Positions 11,641-24,083 of a DNA stretch of 64,000 nt are shown piece by piece; the stretch's first letter is position 1, and each line of letters begins with the position of its first letter. The position numbers and the translations under genes were made by a program. The DNA is taken from assembly GCF_006345805.1 (NCBI RefSeq), contig NC_043009.1:8990001-9054000 (forward strand), read 5' to 3'. The notes beneath the pieces are model-generated. The model was not told the DNA's origin. It saw nothing but the letters and a program-made list of their open reading frames with translations, and ran no database searches. Source of the DNA: Octopus sinensis. Taxonomy: Eukaryota.

Positions 11641-11810
11641 CTACATCTCTGGATCTAGTTTTAGGAGATTTATATAAGTTTCTAACATCAGGAGAAGGTA
11701 AAACATTTTAGGAGACAGGAAAGTTGATTAAATCTGTTTTAGTTCTTGTCAGGTACTTATTTCATTTACTTGCAGGAGAATGAGAGACAGTCAGCCTTGG
11801 AGGGATTTTA

Positions 11811-12397
11811 AACCTTTAGCATTTAAACTGGCCATATCTGGCCTAAATAATTTCTCTTGTATGCTCAAACCAGCCAGATGTGGCTTCTCACACCTGCCCT
11901 ACATTGTCATTTTTAAAATATATACAACTAGCAGTATCGCCCGGCGTTGCTTGGGTTTGTAAGGGAAATAACTATATATGCGTTTTTAGAGATGTAAAGT
12001 ATAATAGCCATCTCAATATGGCTAACCACAAGGAGGGAGGTGTTACTGTAGCTTTTTACGTTCTGAGATTTAATAATAAATGTTTAGAGAGTTACTTCCC
12101 TTATATATGCCAAAAATGGGAAAAATTGATGGTAAATTTTTTTTTTAAATCGTAGACTCATCGTAGACGCGCGCTAATACCCAGAAGGGCTCGATATGAA
12201 TCACGACTATAAGATACCCGGTTTTGGTTAAACTGCACCGCAAAATGTGGGAGTAGTTAGGAATCTAAATCGTAGGAGACAGACACACAACCTTACTTTT
12301 ATATATTAAGATCACATCATCAAAATCTCATGATTAATTCAAAGCAATGTGAATAAATAGGCGTTACATTTGACAGGCTAATCTGAATGCCAAAGGG
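11811..12397. mobile_element. TTAA-type (piggyBac-like) MITE interrupted by a Helitron
   Basis: Ends (a)cctttagcatt...aatgccaaaggg|ttaa. Internal sequence is collinear with 29453-29935 once the Helitron is removed. Confidence 0.7.
11928..12311 (-). mobile_element. Non-autonomous Helitron
   Basis: Minus strand starts TC (12311) after A and ends with a GC-rich hairpin (ccc.agcaacgccggg) plus CTAG (11928) before T, with no TSD. Confidence 0.85.
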
Positions 12398-12927
12398 TTA
12401 AACCAATATAAAGCAATGCGGCTAGATCTGACAAGATAATCTTATCCAACTTTTAACTGATTCTGTCTTTATATTGTAATTTAGAAGTATGTTGACATAC
12501 TAGGAGCCTCTGTGTAGTCACTTGATCTGGTAAACATAGCAGCTAAGTTCCCTGAATACACCCTGCTGGCTCAAGAAAAGAAAAAAAAAAGGAAAGACAC
12601 ATTGGATGATATAGTCTCTGATATACAAAACGATAGGGTGGTTATGGTTGGAGTGCTTTTCTATGATAGTGATGCTTGTTTACAACTACTGCATAATGTC
12701 AATAGGCACAAACATATGCATGTGTACACACATATGATGGGCTTCTTTTAGTTTCCATCTAGCTGTGCTATAATAGAAGACACTTGTCCAAGGTGCCACG
12801 CAATGAGACTGAACCCAGTATCATGTGGTTGGGAAGCAAACTTCTTACAACACAGCTATTCCTATGTCCACACAAACATATATATATATGTGTATGTAAT
12901 CAAAATAAGCAACAAGAATGACTCCGG

Positions 12928-13020
12928 TAATTAGGTACGATCGTTTCGTACTACATCATTTTATTAAATGTTGTAAGTATTACAACAGATTTAAGATGCT
13001 GAGTACTCATCAGCCAATTA
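12928..13020 (-). ncRNA. Type I hammerhead ribozyme, canonical core
   Basis: taattgg-CTGATGA-GTAC(long hairpin)GTAC-GAAA-C-GATC-GTA-cctaatta. All core nucleotides are canonical; predicted cleavage GUA between 12936 and 12935. Confidence 0.85.
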
Positions 13021-13159
13021 TAGAGGTTTTCCATTAATACAAAAATTTTCAAATCAAGTGGCAACATTATAGAGAAGGTAGATACATAGACAAAGATGTG
13101 GATTTAAATTTTAAGAACATATGAGGTAGTGAAGTCCTTCCATATGTATGTATGTATCA

Positions 13160-13684
13160 TTGGACACTAAACTCTGCTTGCGAAGACCTGTTGAGGCAAG
13201 TGAAATCAAAATCAAATTCGATGATTGGCATCTGTGCTAGTGGAACGCTAAGAGCACCAACCGAGTGTGATTGTTGCCAGAGCAGCTGACTGACTTCCGT
13301 GCCAGTGGCACATAAAAAGCACCACTCAAGCGTGATCGTTACCAGCGTCGCCTTACTAGCACTTGTGCAGGTGACATGTGAAAAAGACATTTGAGCGAGG
13401 TTGTTGCCAGTGCCACTGAACTGGCTCCTATGCAGGTGGCATGTAAAACACCATTTGAGCATGGCCGTTGCCAGTACTGCCTGACTGACCCATGTGCCGG
13501 TGGCACATAAAAGCACCCACTACACTCTCAGATTTGTTGGTATTAGGAAGGGCATCCAGCTGTAGAAACTCTGCCAGATCAGATTGGAGCCTGGTGCAGC
13601 CATCTGGTTCACCAGCCCCCAGTCAAATCGTCCAACACATGCTAACATGGAAAGCAGACGTTAAATGATGATGATGATGATGAT
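13160..13684 (+). mobile_element. RTE 3' UTR with several 'ggcacgtaaaaagcac' modules and (ATG)n tail
   Basis: About five module copies, then the tail consensus and gatgatgatg. Confidence 0.8.
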
Positions 13685-14314
13685 GTAGTTTATTGATTTT
13701 AGTCTTTGAACTGCAATCATATTGGGGTTCTGTCTTAAAGCATTTACTTGATTTCTACTACTCATTCCAGTCACCTACTTATTTTCTCAATAAGTATGTG
13801 TGTGTGTGTGTGTGTATGTGCGTGTGTGTGTAGCTCTATGTGTGTGTGTACTATTTAGTGATACTTGTTATCATTTATATAAAGTTGAATTATACTTGCT
13901 TAGTTTTGCCCTTTGCTTCCCATGGTGCATAGGCCATTGATACCTTTTTTTCCCTCCCCTGGTGCGCTTGACTCTGGGGTGTCATTTTTGCTTCTCTCTA
14001 TTTGGACCCTTGCTTTTCCAGCTGTGTTTCAGTATGCCATCTTCAGCTACTTTTAGAGTGTCTCCCTTGTGGGTTTCCCCAGGTGGTCAGAAAGGGAGTC
14101 CGCCTTATCTTCCTTGCGGATTTCGTTGCGCCATGTCATGTTTCCTTTGAGGGAAGTCCTTCGTCTCCCAGGTCCTGTTGGTTTTGAATATTCATTAATG
14201 CTTCACTAACTCTGCTTTTATTTTATTTTTTCTAGGTAGGGGTTTTGGTCCCATGCAAACTCATTATCTCTGAGAAGTGTTGATCCATAATAGTATTTTT
14301 GGTGTCCACACAAC

Positions 14315-14499
14315 TGGTACCTCTGCTGGTAGCATGTAAAAGCACCCATTACACTCTTGGGTTGGTTGGCATTAGGAAGGGCATCCAGCTGTAGAAACTA
14401 TGCCAAATCTGACTGAAATCTGGTGCAGCCCCTCAGCTTACCAGCCCTGGTCAAACCATCCAACCCCTGCCAGCATGAACAACAGATGAGGATGATGAT
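14315..14499 (+). mobile_element. RTE-type 3' tail
   Basis: Tail consensus ending in gatgaggatgatgata. Confidence 0.7.
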
Positions 14500-14606
14500 A
14501 TATATTTATATATATATATAGAGAGGTGTGTGTATATATATATATATTTGTATATATGTATTTGTATAAACATACGGATATATATGTGTGTGTATGTATA
14601 TGTATG

Positions 14607-14674
<68 letters not shown>

Positions 14675-14677
<3 letters not shown>

Positions 14678-15794
14678 CGACAGAGCGTTAGCACCTTGAG
14701 AGAAATGTTGTACCTAAGAAGCATCAGTTGTGGTGTGCAAGAGAGACGATTGCGCTGGTATGGTCATGTGGCGAGAATGGATGAAGATAGGTGTGTGAGA
14801 AAGTGCCAATCCCTAGCAGATGAGGGAACCCGTGGAAGAGGTAGACCCAGGAAAACCTGGGACGGGGTGGTGAAGCACGACCTTCGAACTTTAGGCCTCA
14901 CTGAGGAAATGACCAGAGACCGAGACCTTTGGAAATATTCTGTACGTGAGAAGACCAGGCAGGACAAGTGAGCCCAGCCCACTTATGAATGCCTTTCGTC
15001 CCTTGGACACAAAGACCGGTTGAGGCAAGCGAAGTCGATATAGAACCTCATCCGACGACAGACACCCATGCCAACCCCCCATGCTTGCGAAGACATGTTG
15101 GGGCAAGCGAAATCGAAATCGAAACCGAATTGAACCAGCCAGGATCCCTGGCCTGGTGGTACGTAAAAAGCACTATCCGACTCGTGGCCGTGGCACGTAA
15201 AATACTCCAATGCGACCGTACGACAGGCACCCATGCAACCCCCTTTGCTTGTGAAGACATGTTGGGGCAAGCGAAATTGAAATCGAATTGAACCAGCCAG
15301 GATCCCTGGTCTGGTGGTACGTAAAAAGCACTATCCGACTCGTGGCCGTGGCACGTAAAATACTCCAATGCGACCGTACGACAGGCACCCATGCCAACCC
15401 CCTTTGCTTGTGAAGACATGTTGGGGCAAGCGAAATCGAAATCGAATTGAACCAGCCAGGATCCCTGGTCTGGTGGTACGTAAAAAGCACTATCCGACTC
15501 GTGGCCGATGCCAGCACCGCCTCGACTGGCTTCCGTGCCGGTGGCACATAAAATACACCAATCTGACCGTGGCCGTTGCCAGCCCCGCCTGGCACCTGTG
15601 CAGGTGGCACATAAAAAGCACCCACTACACTCACGGAGTGGTTGGCGTTAGGAAGGGCATCCAGCTGTAGAAACATTGCCAGATTAGACTGGAGCCTGGT
15701 GCAGCCTTCTGGCTTCCCAGAACCCCGGTCGAACCGTCCAACCCATGCTAGCATGGAGAACGGACGTTAAACGACGATGATGATGATGATGATG
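14675..15794 (+). mobile_element. Young 5'-truncated RTE LINE inserted in (TA)n
   Basis: ORF 14696-14971 ([12 protein letters not shown]...RGRGRPRKTW...DRDLWK), then a long 3' UTR with ~158-bp tandem repeats and an (ATG)n tail. Confidence 0.93.
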
Positions 15795-16495
15795 AGAATA
15801 ACAAAGTAGTCAAAATGTTGGATGATTATATACATTTTTATTTACATTTTTAGCACTTTGCATATATATGTATGTGCTTATATATATATATATATATATA
15901 TAGGTAAATATGTGTTTATATGTTTATATATATATATGTAAATGTGTGTGTGTGTGTGTACATATGTATACATTTTTGGGATTGGATTGCCTATGTTCAG
16001 TCCACAGCAGGATGAAGGTCTCAGCATGATCTCCACTGAGATTATACTGGTTTGATGAGCCAACTCTGTCACACTGGTTTGACATGGAGATGCAGTTTTT
16101 ACATTCTTTGTGAGGAGCAGTTAAGTTGTTTACATTGGCTCTGCAAAGTCAACCTCAGTGGAATTTGAACTCCGAACGTAACGAAAGACTAAATACCGCT
16201 AAATATTTTGCCCAGTGTGTTAACGATTTTGCCAGCTCACTACCTGTATACATATTCTTTTATATTTTTACCTGTTTCAGTCATTCGTCTGTGGTCATGC
16301 TGGAGCACGGCCTTGAAGGGTTTTCGTCGAACAAATAGACCCTGGGACTTATTATTTCTTTTAAAGCTTAGTACTTATTCCATTGGTCTCTTATACTGAT
16401 CTGCTAAGTTACAGGGATGTAAAGACACTAACACTGGTTGTCAAGTGGTGATGGGGTATAAACACAGACACAAACACACCCACACAGATATTTAC

Positions 16496-16526
<31 letters not shown>

Positions 16527-16530
<4 letters not shown>

Positions 16531-16774
16531 AATTGCAGCGTGGAAGGTGTTTATAAGCCATTTAAGAAACACACAAAAGCCGTTCGATTCACTTCAACAT
16601 TAAGTTTAATTTTTAGCGACGAAAATATTTTGACAAATTAAACTTAAATATTGAAGTGAATCGAACGGCTTTTGTGTGTTTCTTAAATGGCTTATAAACA
16701 CCTTCCACGCTGCAATTGTTTTCGTTTCAGCACACGATCTCAGATCAAGTTACTTGCTATGCGAGTACATCTCC
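16527..16774. mobile_element. Tail-to-tail palindromic copy of the (TA)n-embedded element
   Basis: Inverted arms 16527-16612 and 16635-16721 are nearly identical; the spacer is the 3' half of the hammerhead variant. Confidence 0.85.
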
Positions 16775-16842
16775 ATAAATATATATATATATATAATATA
16801 TATATATATTATATATATATATATTATATATATATATATATC

Positions 16843-17112
16843 ATAATTATTTGAGGGAATATTATTCCTAACTTACAGGGAAAAATTCAATTTAGAAATA
16901 CTAAATCAAATTTCACAAAATATAATATATATAAAAATTAGTATATATTCTATCAAATATATACGTTTTTATTATTATTTTGCAATTTACTTAATCATTG
17001 GTATTTTATTGTTATTTTAATTTTAATATTTCTATTATATGTAATTTTCTAGATGGTGTAAGTTAATTGTTCATTTTGAATTGATAAAAGATGTTTTTTT
17101 CTAATTTATATA
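16843..17112. mobile_element. Second member of the 'aacttacagggaaaaattcaatttag' family
   Basis: Left end is shared with 5205-5300 and the right end tttttctaatttatatat resembles 5575-5592. Confidence 0.55.
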
Positions 17113-18422
17113 TGTGCCCCAGCATGGCCACAGCTCATTAGCTGAAACTGGAAAAATCAAAATCAATCATATATATTTGTTGGGGTTCTTTCAGTTTCTC
17201 TATTAGATGCACTCACAAGGCATTGATCGGCCTGATGCTATAGTAGAAGACACTTGCCCAAGGTACCATGCAGTGGGACTGAACATGGAACCATGTGGTT
17301 TGGAAGAAAGCTTCTTACATACGTACATATATTTATGTATATGTATATATATATATATATATCTGTTTGTATATCTTTGTGTTTGTATTGTGTTTGTTCT
17401 CCTCCAACGCTTGACAACCAGTGTTGACTTGTTTATGTTTCCATAACTAAATTTGACATAAGTGATCAATAGAATAAATACCTGGCATTGAATTGAACGC
17501 TGGGGTCAGTTTGTTTGACTAGACCTTCCAAAGGAGTGCCCCAGCATGGCTGCTGTTCAATGACTGAAACAAGTTTAAAAAAAAAAAGCCAGGCTCAGTA
17601 TTTCTCTGTGTTTCACGTTACTAAATAATGCAGCTGTCAATATCTGGCAAAAGTATGTTGTTACTATGTTAACTATGTGTGCTAATGTATTTCTCTTGCA
17701 TTTCGGTTTTAAGGCTACTGATTAAAATTTTCTACACATATCCTGTTGCTCATTTACCAAAACAGTTGACAAGCTAAACAGAGAAACAGAAAGAAAGAGA
17801 ACGAGAGAGAGAGAGAGAGAGAAAAGGGAAAGAGAACTGAGCTGCATAGTTGGTATGCAAATAACTTTGTAGAAAACCAAAATTTCTGAAGACAAAAAAG
17901 AAACAAAAAATTATATCCTAGCTTCTGCAGTTACTGAGAAACCAGAGCGGGCATTGAAACAATCAATCAATTAATTGATCAATCAAGCAAACAGACTTGT
18001 TAAAAGCTGTAGAACCTAATTATTTGGTTGTTAGGGGTGCACAATGACGGTATTTTTGATGGATGTATAGACTGATGTAGGGGCAAGAGAGGGAGAGAGA
18101 GAGAGAGAGAGAGAAGGAGAGACCTATTTAAAGTGATAAAACGTCTGGGAAAAAGGTGTTATTTTGTTTAATGTATTGTTTAGATAATTCCTTACAAAAG
18201 GGCTCCCATGGAAATGACTAATTACTTTTGGTGTTATGTTGAATTTTTATTGAATGTGGCTGTGGTAAGAAGTTTGCTTTCCAACCACATGGTTCTGTGT
18301 TCAGTCCCACTGTTTGGCACCTTGGACCCTGGGCAAGTATCTTCTGCTATCGCCTCCAGCCAACCAAATCCTTGTGAGTGGATTTGGTAGATGGAAACTG
18401 AAAGAAGCAAGTTGTATGTGTG

Positions 18423-18482
<60 letters not shown>

Positions 18483-18880
18483 CTAGCAGTATCGCCCGGC
18501 GTTGCTCGGGTTTGTAAGGGAAATAACTATATAAGCATTTTTAGTGAGTTATAGCCAAAAAATAACAAAAAAATGCATTAAAAATGGAAAAAAAATTATG
18601 GTAAATTTTTTTTAAAATCGTCGACTCATCGTAGACATTTTTAGAGAGTTACTTCCCTTATATAATAGCGAAAAAATGCATTAAAATAGAAAGAAATGGT
18701 GGTAATTTTTTTTTTAAATCGTAGACTCATCGTAGACGCACGCTAATACCCAGAAGGGCTCGATATGAATCACGACTATAAGATACCCGGTTTTGGTTAA
18801 ACTGCACCGCAAAATGTGGGAGTAGTTAGGAATCTAAATTGTAGGAGACAGACACACAATTTGACTTTTATATATAAAGA
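18483..18880 (-). mobile_element. Non-autonomous Helitron, second copy
   Basis: Same A|TC...hairpin-CTAG|T termini as 11928-12311, with internal duplications. Confidence 0.85.
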
Positions 18881-19426
18881 TATATATGCCTAAACACTGC
18901 TTGACACTAATATTTTGGTAATATATATACACACATATATATATATGTGTGTCTGTGTTTCCCACCATTTGACAACTGACGTTGATGTGATTGTGTCCCT
19001 GTAACTTAGCAGTTCGACAAAAGAGATTGTTAGAATAACTATCGAGGCATGGCCTCAGTCCAGTGACTGAAATAAGGAAAAGAGTAAGATAAGGCTAAGT
19101 TATACACAAGTAAGTTGTTTAGCCCCAGGTCAACCCTGATTAATCAGATCTATGATCAAAGAATTCCAAACCATGACCATCCCATCTTTTAGAGATATAA
19201 TGGGCTAGATATTTTAATGTGTTGTTTCCTTTCTTAAGCTGGTAGGGTGTGATTTGAGAAAGATTTGGCTGCTATTTCTTGCTGGTTGTGCAATTGTTTA
19301 GAGTAGAGATGAGGACTTTTTAGAACTGCAGTGAATTGCAAACACACATGACTGGGAAGGTGGGGGGTCCACCTGTATTGAGGAGAATTATGAAACTTAC
19401 CATAACATATTATCCCCATCATCATT

Positions 19427-19847
19427 GGGATCTTTTCGGTTTGACTGGTAGTTTTTTAAAAATAATTTCTACGTAACTAAAAGATTTTAAACTTCGTATA
19501 CTGGTAGAATGTGTTTATAAAACATCTTTTTCTCTTGGCTTTATTGAGAAAATTCTATAGTTTGTAAGATATTTGTTGTTTTTCTTCTTCAATTTCTGCA
19601 ATTTCAACCAATCATTGACGTCTATTGAGGTAAAAAACATTCTGTACCGTATGAATATGTCCCTCGTTTAAGAAACAGATTGGGTTTATTTACATTTGTG
19701 AAGAAAAAAAGATACCCTTCTCCCCACCCCCAACCCTAACCCTAAAACAGATTGAAATGCAATAGATCGATACTAGGGTCATAATTATGGGTGACAATTT
19801 CATATGACACCGCTAGAAAAAACTGCCGTTCAAACCAAAAAGATCCC
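19427..19847. mobile_element. Non-autonomous DNA transposon with ~31-bp TIRs
   Basis: gggatcttttcggtttgactggtagtttttt ... aaaaaactgccgttcaaaccaaaaagatccc, with direct repeat atcatt on both sides (19421-19426 and 19848-19853). Confidence 0.85.
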
Positions 19848-20070
19848 ATCATTGTTTTATTTTTCACTTTTCCATGCTAGCATAGGTCTGATGGAGTCTA
19901 TTGGAGCAGATTTTCTATGGACAGATGCCCTTCCTGTTGTCAACCTTCTCCTGATTCCAAGAAAGGTAATATTTCCCCATAGCTAGTCATGTTTTCACAG
20001 AATACTAGAAATGAACAACACTGCTTGTATGACAGTCATTTACAACTATCACACGATAGCAAAACAAGGC

Positions 20071-20132
<62 letters not shown>

Positions 20133-20554
20133 TGTATGCATATATGACGGACATCTTTCAGTTTCTGCCTCTGAAATCCACTTACAAGGTTTTGGTTGGC
20201 CCAGGGTTACAGTTGAAGTCACTTGTCCAAGGTGTCACACAGTGAGATTGAACTCCTAACCATGTGGTTAGGAAGTAAGCTTCTTAACCACATACCTATG
20301 CCTGTGACTTTAATCTAAAAGTTCATGGGTATGGAACTTATATTTGTTTTGATTTGAAGGCTTAAACATTTTTCTGTTTCCAAATTTTATCAGTGGACAG
20401 TTTACAATTAGCATGCAGACCAAATTTCACATGTAGACAAAGGGTTCTCTAGCTCCTGTTGTAGAAGTTCCCTCATAAACAAGAAAGTTCACATCTTGTG
20501 TGTTGGATGTAGATTGCTTGCTCAATAAATAATGCTGAATTCAGAGACAGTAAT

Positions 20555-21148
20555 ATTAGTTTCAATTTTTGGCACAACGCCAGCAACTTTAGAGGAAGGG
20601 CTATGTCAATTACATTGACCCCAGTGCTCAAGTGGTACTTATTTTATTGACCCTGAAAGGATGAAAGGCAAAGCTGACCTTGGTGAAATTTGAACAGTTG
20701 TGGCTGTGTGGTAAGAAGCTTGCTTCCCAACCACATGATTCCAGGTTCAGTCTCACTGCGTGGCACCTTGGGCAAGTGTCTTCTACTATAGCCTCGGGTC
20801 AGCCAAAGCCTTGTCAGTGGATTTGGTAGACAGAAACTGAAAGAAGCCCCATGTATATATCTATGTGTGTATGTGTTTGTGTGTCTGCATTTGTCCCCAC
20901 ATCACCACTTGACAACCGGTGTTGGTGTGTTTACATCCCTGTAACTTAGTGGTTCAGCAAAAGAGACCAATAGGATAAGTACTAGGCTTAAAAAATAAAT
21001 CCTGGGGTTGATTTGTTCGACTAACACCCTTCAAGGCAATGCTCCAGCATGGCTGCAGTGAAATGACTGAAAGAAATAAAGGTATAAAAAGAATGGACGG
21101 AATACTGCTAAGCATGTTGCCTGGTATAATAATGGTTCTGCCAGCTTG
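20555..21148 (-). mobile_element. SINE family B interrupted by a SINE family A copy
   Basis: The B body at 20555-20696 resumes at 21095-21148. Confidence 0.75.
20697..21094 (+). mobile_element. Near full-length SINE family A
   Basis: tRNA-like head, CORE-like ccttgggcaagtgtctt, internal (TA/TG) tract, and 3' part ending ccagcatggc...tgactgaaa with an A-rich tail. Confidence 0.88.
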
Positions 21149-22559
21149 CTATCTTTTCAGATACATTAATATTATAATGTTCAACAAGTTGGCAAACTGA
21201 CAGAGTCTTCACTGCCAGACGAAATGCTTAACGGCATTTTGTTTGTCTTTATGTTCTGAGTTCAAATTCCACTGAGGTTGACACAGCTTTTCATCCTCTC
21301 GGGGGTTGATAAAATAAGTACCAGTTAATCACTGGGGTTGATGTAATCGTCTTACCCCTCTCCCGAAATTACTGGCCTTTTAGCAAAATTTGAAACCAAT
21401 ATAATGCTCAGCTTTTAACCCTTTCCCTGTGTTTCACATGTGTTACCTGTGAAACACAGAATATATTTCTCTGGCTTCCATGCATCATCATACAATATAT
21501 CTAATGTTTTTCAATTACCAAAGTATCTTGGGGACTTATGAAATGAAAGTTTAGCATATCTGATATCCTCACTGTTTGAGAAACACAATAAGAATGATCT
21601 CGTTTGAGATTACGGCCATCTTTGGCTGGTTTGACCCTGTTGTGTCCACTGATCTGATTGGTTGGCATCTAGCGCAGTTTGTCTCCCTACTTATTTCGCG
21701 CCAGAGTATAAAGGCAACCAATCACGGCCTTTGGATAAGGCCTGCTTGATTTGAGCCATCTAAACCCCTTAAATAGGTTAGATTTTCATTATTCTTCGTC
21801 TTTCGACTCCAGACCTTTTTAAGGCCTAGTCACTGACCACAGAGCTACTCAGCCATGTTCCAGTTACAGCGACAGACGACCAGTCAGCCAGCTCTGCTAT
21901 TGCTCCAGCTATGAAGACGCTATTATATACCAGCAACAGACAGAACATTTTCTATCTCCGCTGCCGTCATCACCATCATCGTACTCCAACTTTACGCCGT
22001 CTACACCATTCGTCGCCATTACCACTGCCAACTTCAAATATGTACACACCAACTCCTTACGTATGGCCGTATAATCCTACAAAAGCTTTATATTAGTCAG
22101 AAAAAATAAAACAAGTGCTAATTAAAGTCGATAACAAATATTGACACTTAAGATAAACTTACAAAAATGCTTTGGAAATGCAAACGATTAATGTCACTTT
22201 TTTTTTTCATGTAGCTCACATATAAGATAGAACTTATATGTTGCAAGAAAACATAGACAGCAGAGTCTGTTAGTAAGATTGGTCTTTTAACTTGAAGTTC
22301 AGTGTGAGCTAGTATGAAACTTTAACCCTTTTGTACAAACCCACCTGAGATTGATTGCCCCTGGTTCAATGATGCTAAATTCTTTATTTAGATTGATCTG
22401 AATTAAAACTGTTTATCAAAACTTCAAGCTAATTTATGTTCCAATACCAGCTTAATTTTAACAAAACTGATTTACAAAATTATTCATGATTTTGAAATTA
22501 ATTTAAATAGAAGTAGTATATTTCAACAGAAACATAGTAACAAAATAGTTAACTGGGCC

Positions 22560-23015
22560 ACATTAAACTATTTCAAACTTAAAATCTTCAAAGCCACAGT
22601 TGAACCAGTTCTACTATATGGCTCAGAAACCTGGATGTTATCAAAGAAGCTTGAGAGGCGGTTGGATGGAACCTACACCTGCCTCTTATGAGAGCTCAAA
22701 ATCTCTCGTGGAAGCGTCATCAAACCAAAGTACAAATATATGGGAAACTACCACCTGTGTCATCTGTTGTGAAAGGTAGGAGAGTTCAGTTTGCTGGACA
22801 TTGTTGTAGCGCTGAAAACGAGGTGATTTCTACTCTTCTCCTCTGGAAACCATCTGCTCGCGATACCAGAGGGTGCACACTCTCCTACCCTGATGTAATC
22901 TCCAGGGATACAGGCATCCAGCAACAGGACCTCCGTAATGCTGTGGTGGACCATGAAGTCTGGCGTAACATAGTAAATTCCATTTTCTCGACCACGGTCG
23001 AACAATGACGATGAT
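22560..23015 (+). pseudogene. 3' fragment of a second LINE family (RTE/RTEX-like)
   Basis: KLKIFKATVEPVLLYGSETW..., a frameshift near 22685, then ...RRVQFAGHC...VWRNIV*, followed by atgacgatgatg. Confidence 0.85.
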
Positions 23016-24083
23016 GGTTTCATGATTACTATTGAATGTTATATATATTACCTATGGTTGGCTGCATGATTAAGAAGTTCAGTTCTCAGCCATGTAGTTT
23101 CAGGTTCAGTCCCACTGTATGACACCTCGGGACTGACCAAAGCCTTGTGAGTGGTTTGGTAGATGAAATTTGAAAGAAACCCATTGTATGTGTGTGTGTG
23201 TGTGTGTCTCTCTTGTCTTGGCATAGCATGGTAGTTGTAAGAGATGTAAATAAGTGTCACCATCATACAATCATCGTTCGTTTCTAATCTTCTGTGAAAA
23301 CATGTCTGTCGGACCATGGGGAAATATTATCTTGTTTGGAAACAGGTGAGGGTTTGTGACAGGAAAGGCGTCCAACCATAGAAAATCTGTCTCAGTGAAT
23401 TCTGTCTGATATTTGCAAGCATGGGAAAGTGGATAATTAAACTGATGTTGGTGATTGAAACTGATCAAGAAAATAGAGGAATTTTGTAAAATAACTAACT
23501 TATCTATAATTTAGCTGATGTCTCAAGCATTGTGAATAAGAGTTTCTGACATAAAATGTCAAAAGAAAGTTTTAATTTAAATTATGGTAAAGCAAAAGGC
23601 CCTATTGTTTGAATAGAACCAAAAGTGGTGTCAGGCAGATTAAAGATTGCTGGTTTAGCTGCTGATAAGATGCTAATTTCCAGATGGCATCAGGCACTTC
23701 AGTCATATTCCTCATCATTATCATTGTTTCAACATCTACTTTTCCATGCTTTCTTGGGTCAGACAGAGTTTATTGAGGTAGACTTTCTATGGAAGGGTGC
23801 CCTTCCTGGTGCCCACTCTTACCTGTTTCCAAGCAAAGTAATATTTCCCTATGGTCAGATATACTCTCACAGAATATCGGGAATGAATGACACCGCTTGT
23901 ATGACAGTGACACTTGTTTACATTTATCATGTTATGTCAAGACAAGGAGACATAAACATACACATGCTCACACACACTCGGCTTCTTTCAGTTTCCATGT
24001 ACCAAATTCACTTACAAGGCTTTGGTCAGACCGGAGCTATAGTAGAAGATGCTTACTCAAGGCATGCCACTCACTGGTACTGT

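Noticed and set aside
15075-15125. Hairpin followed by GAAA in the RTE 3' UTR units, as a possible hammerhead
   Set aside because: No CUGANGA-like core before the stem and no stem I.
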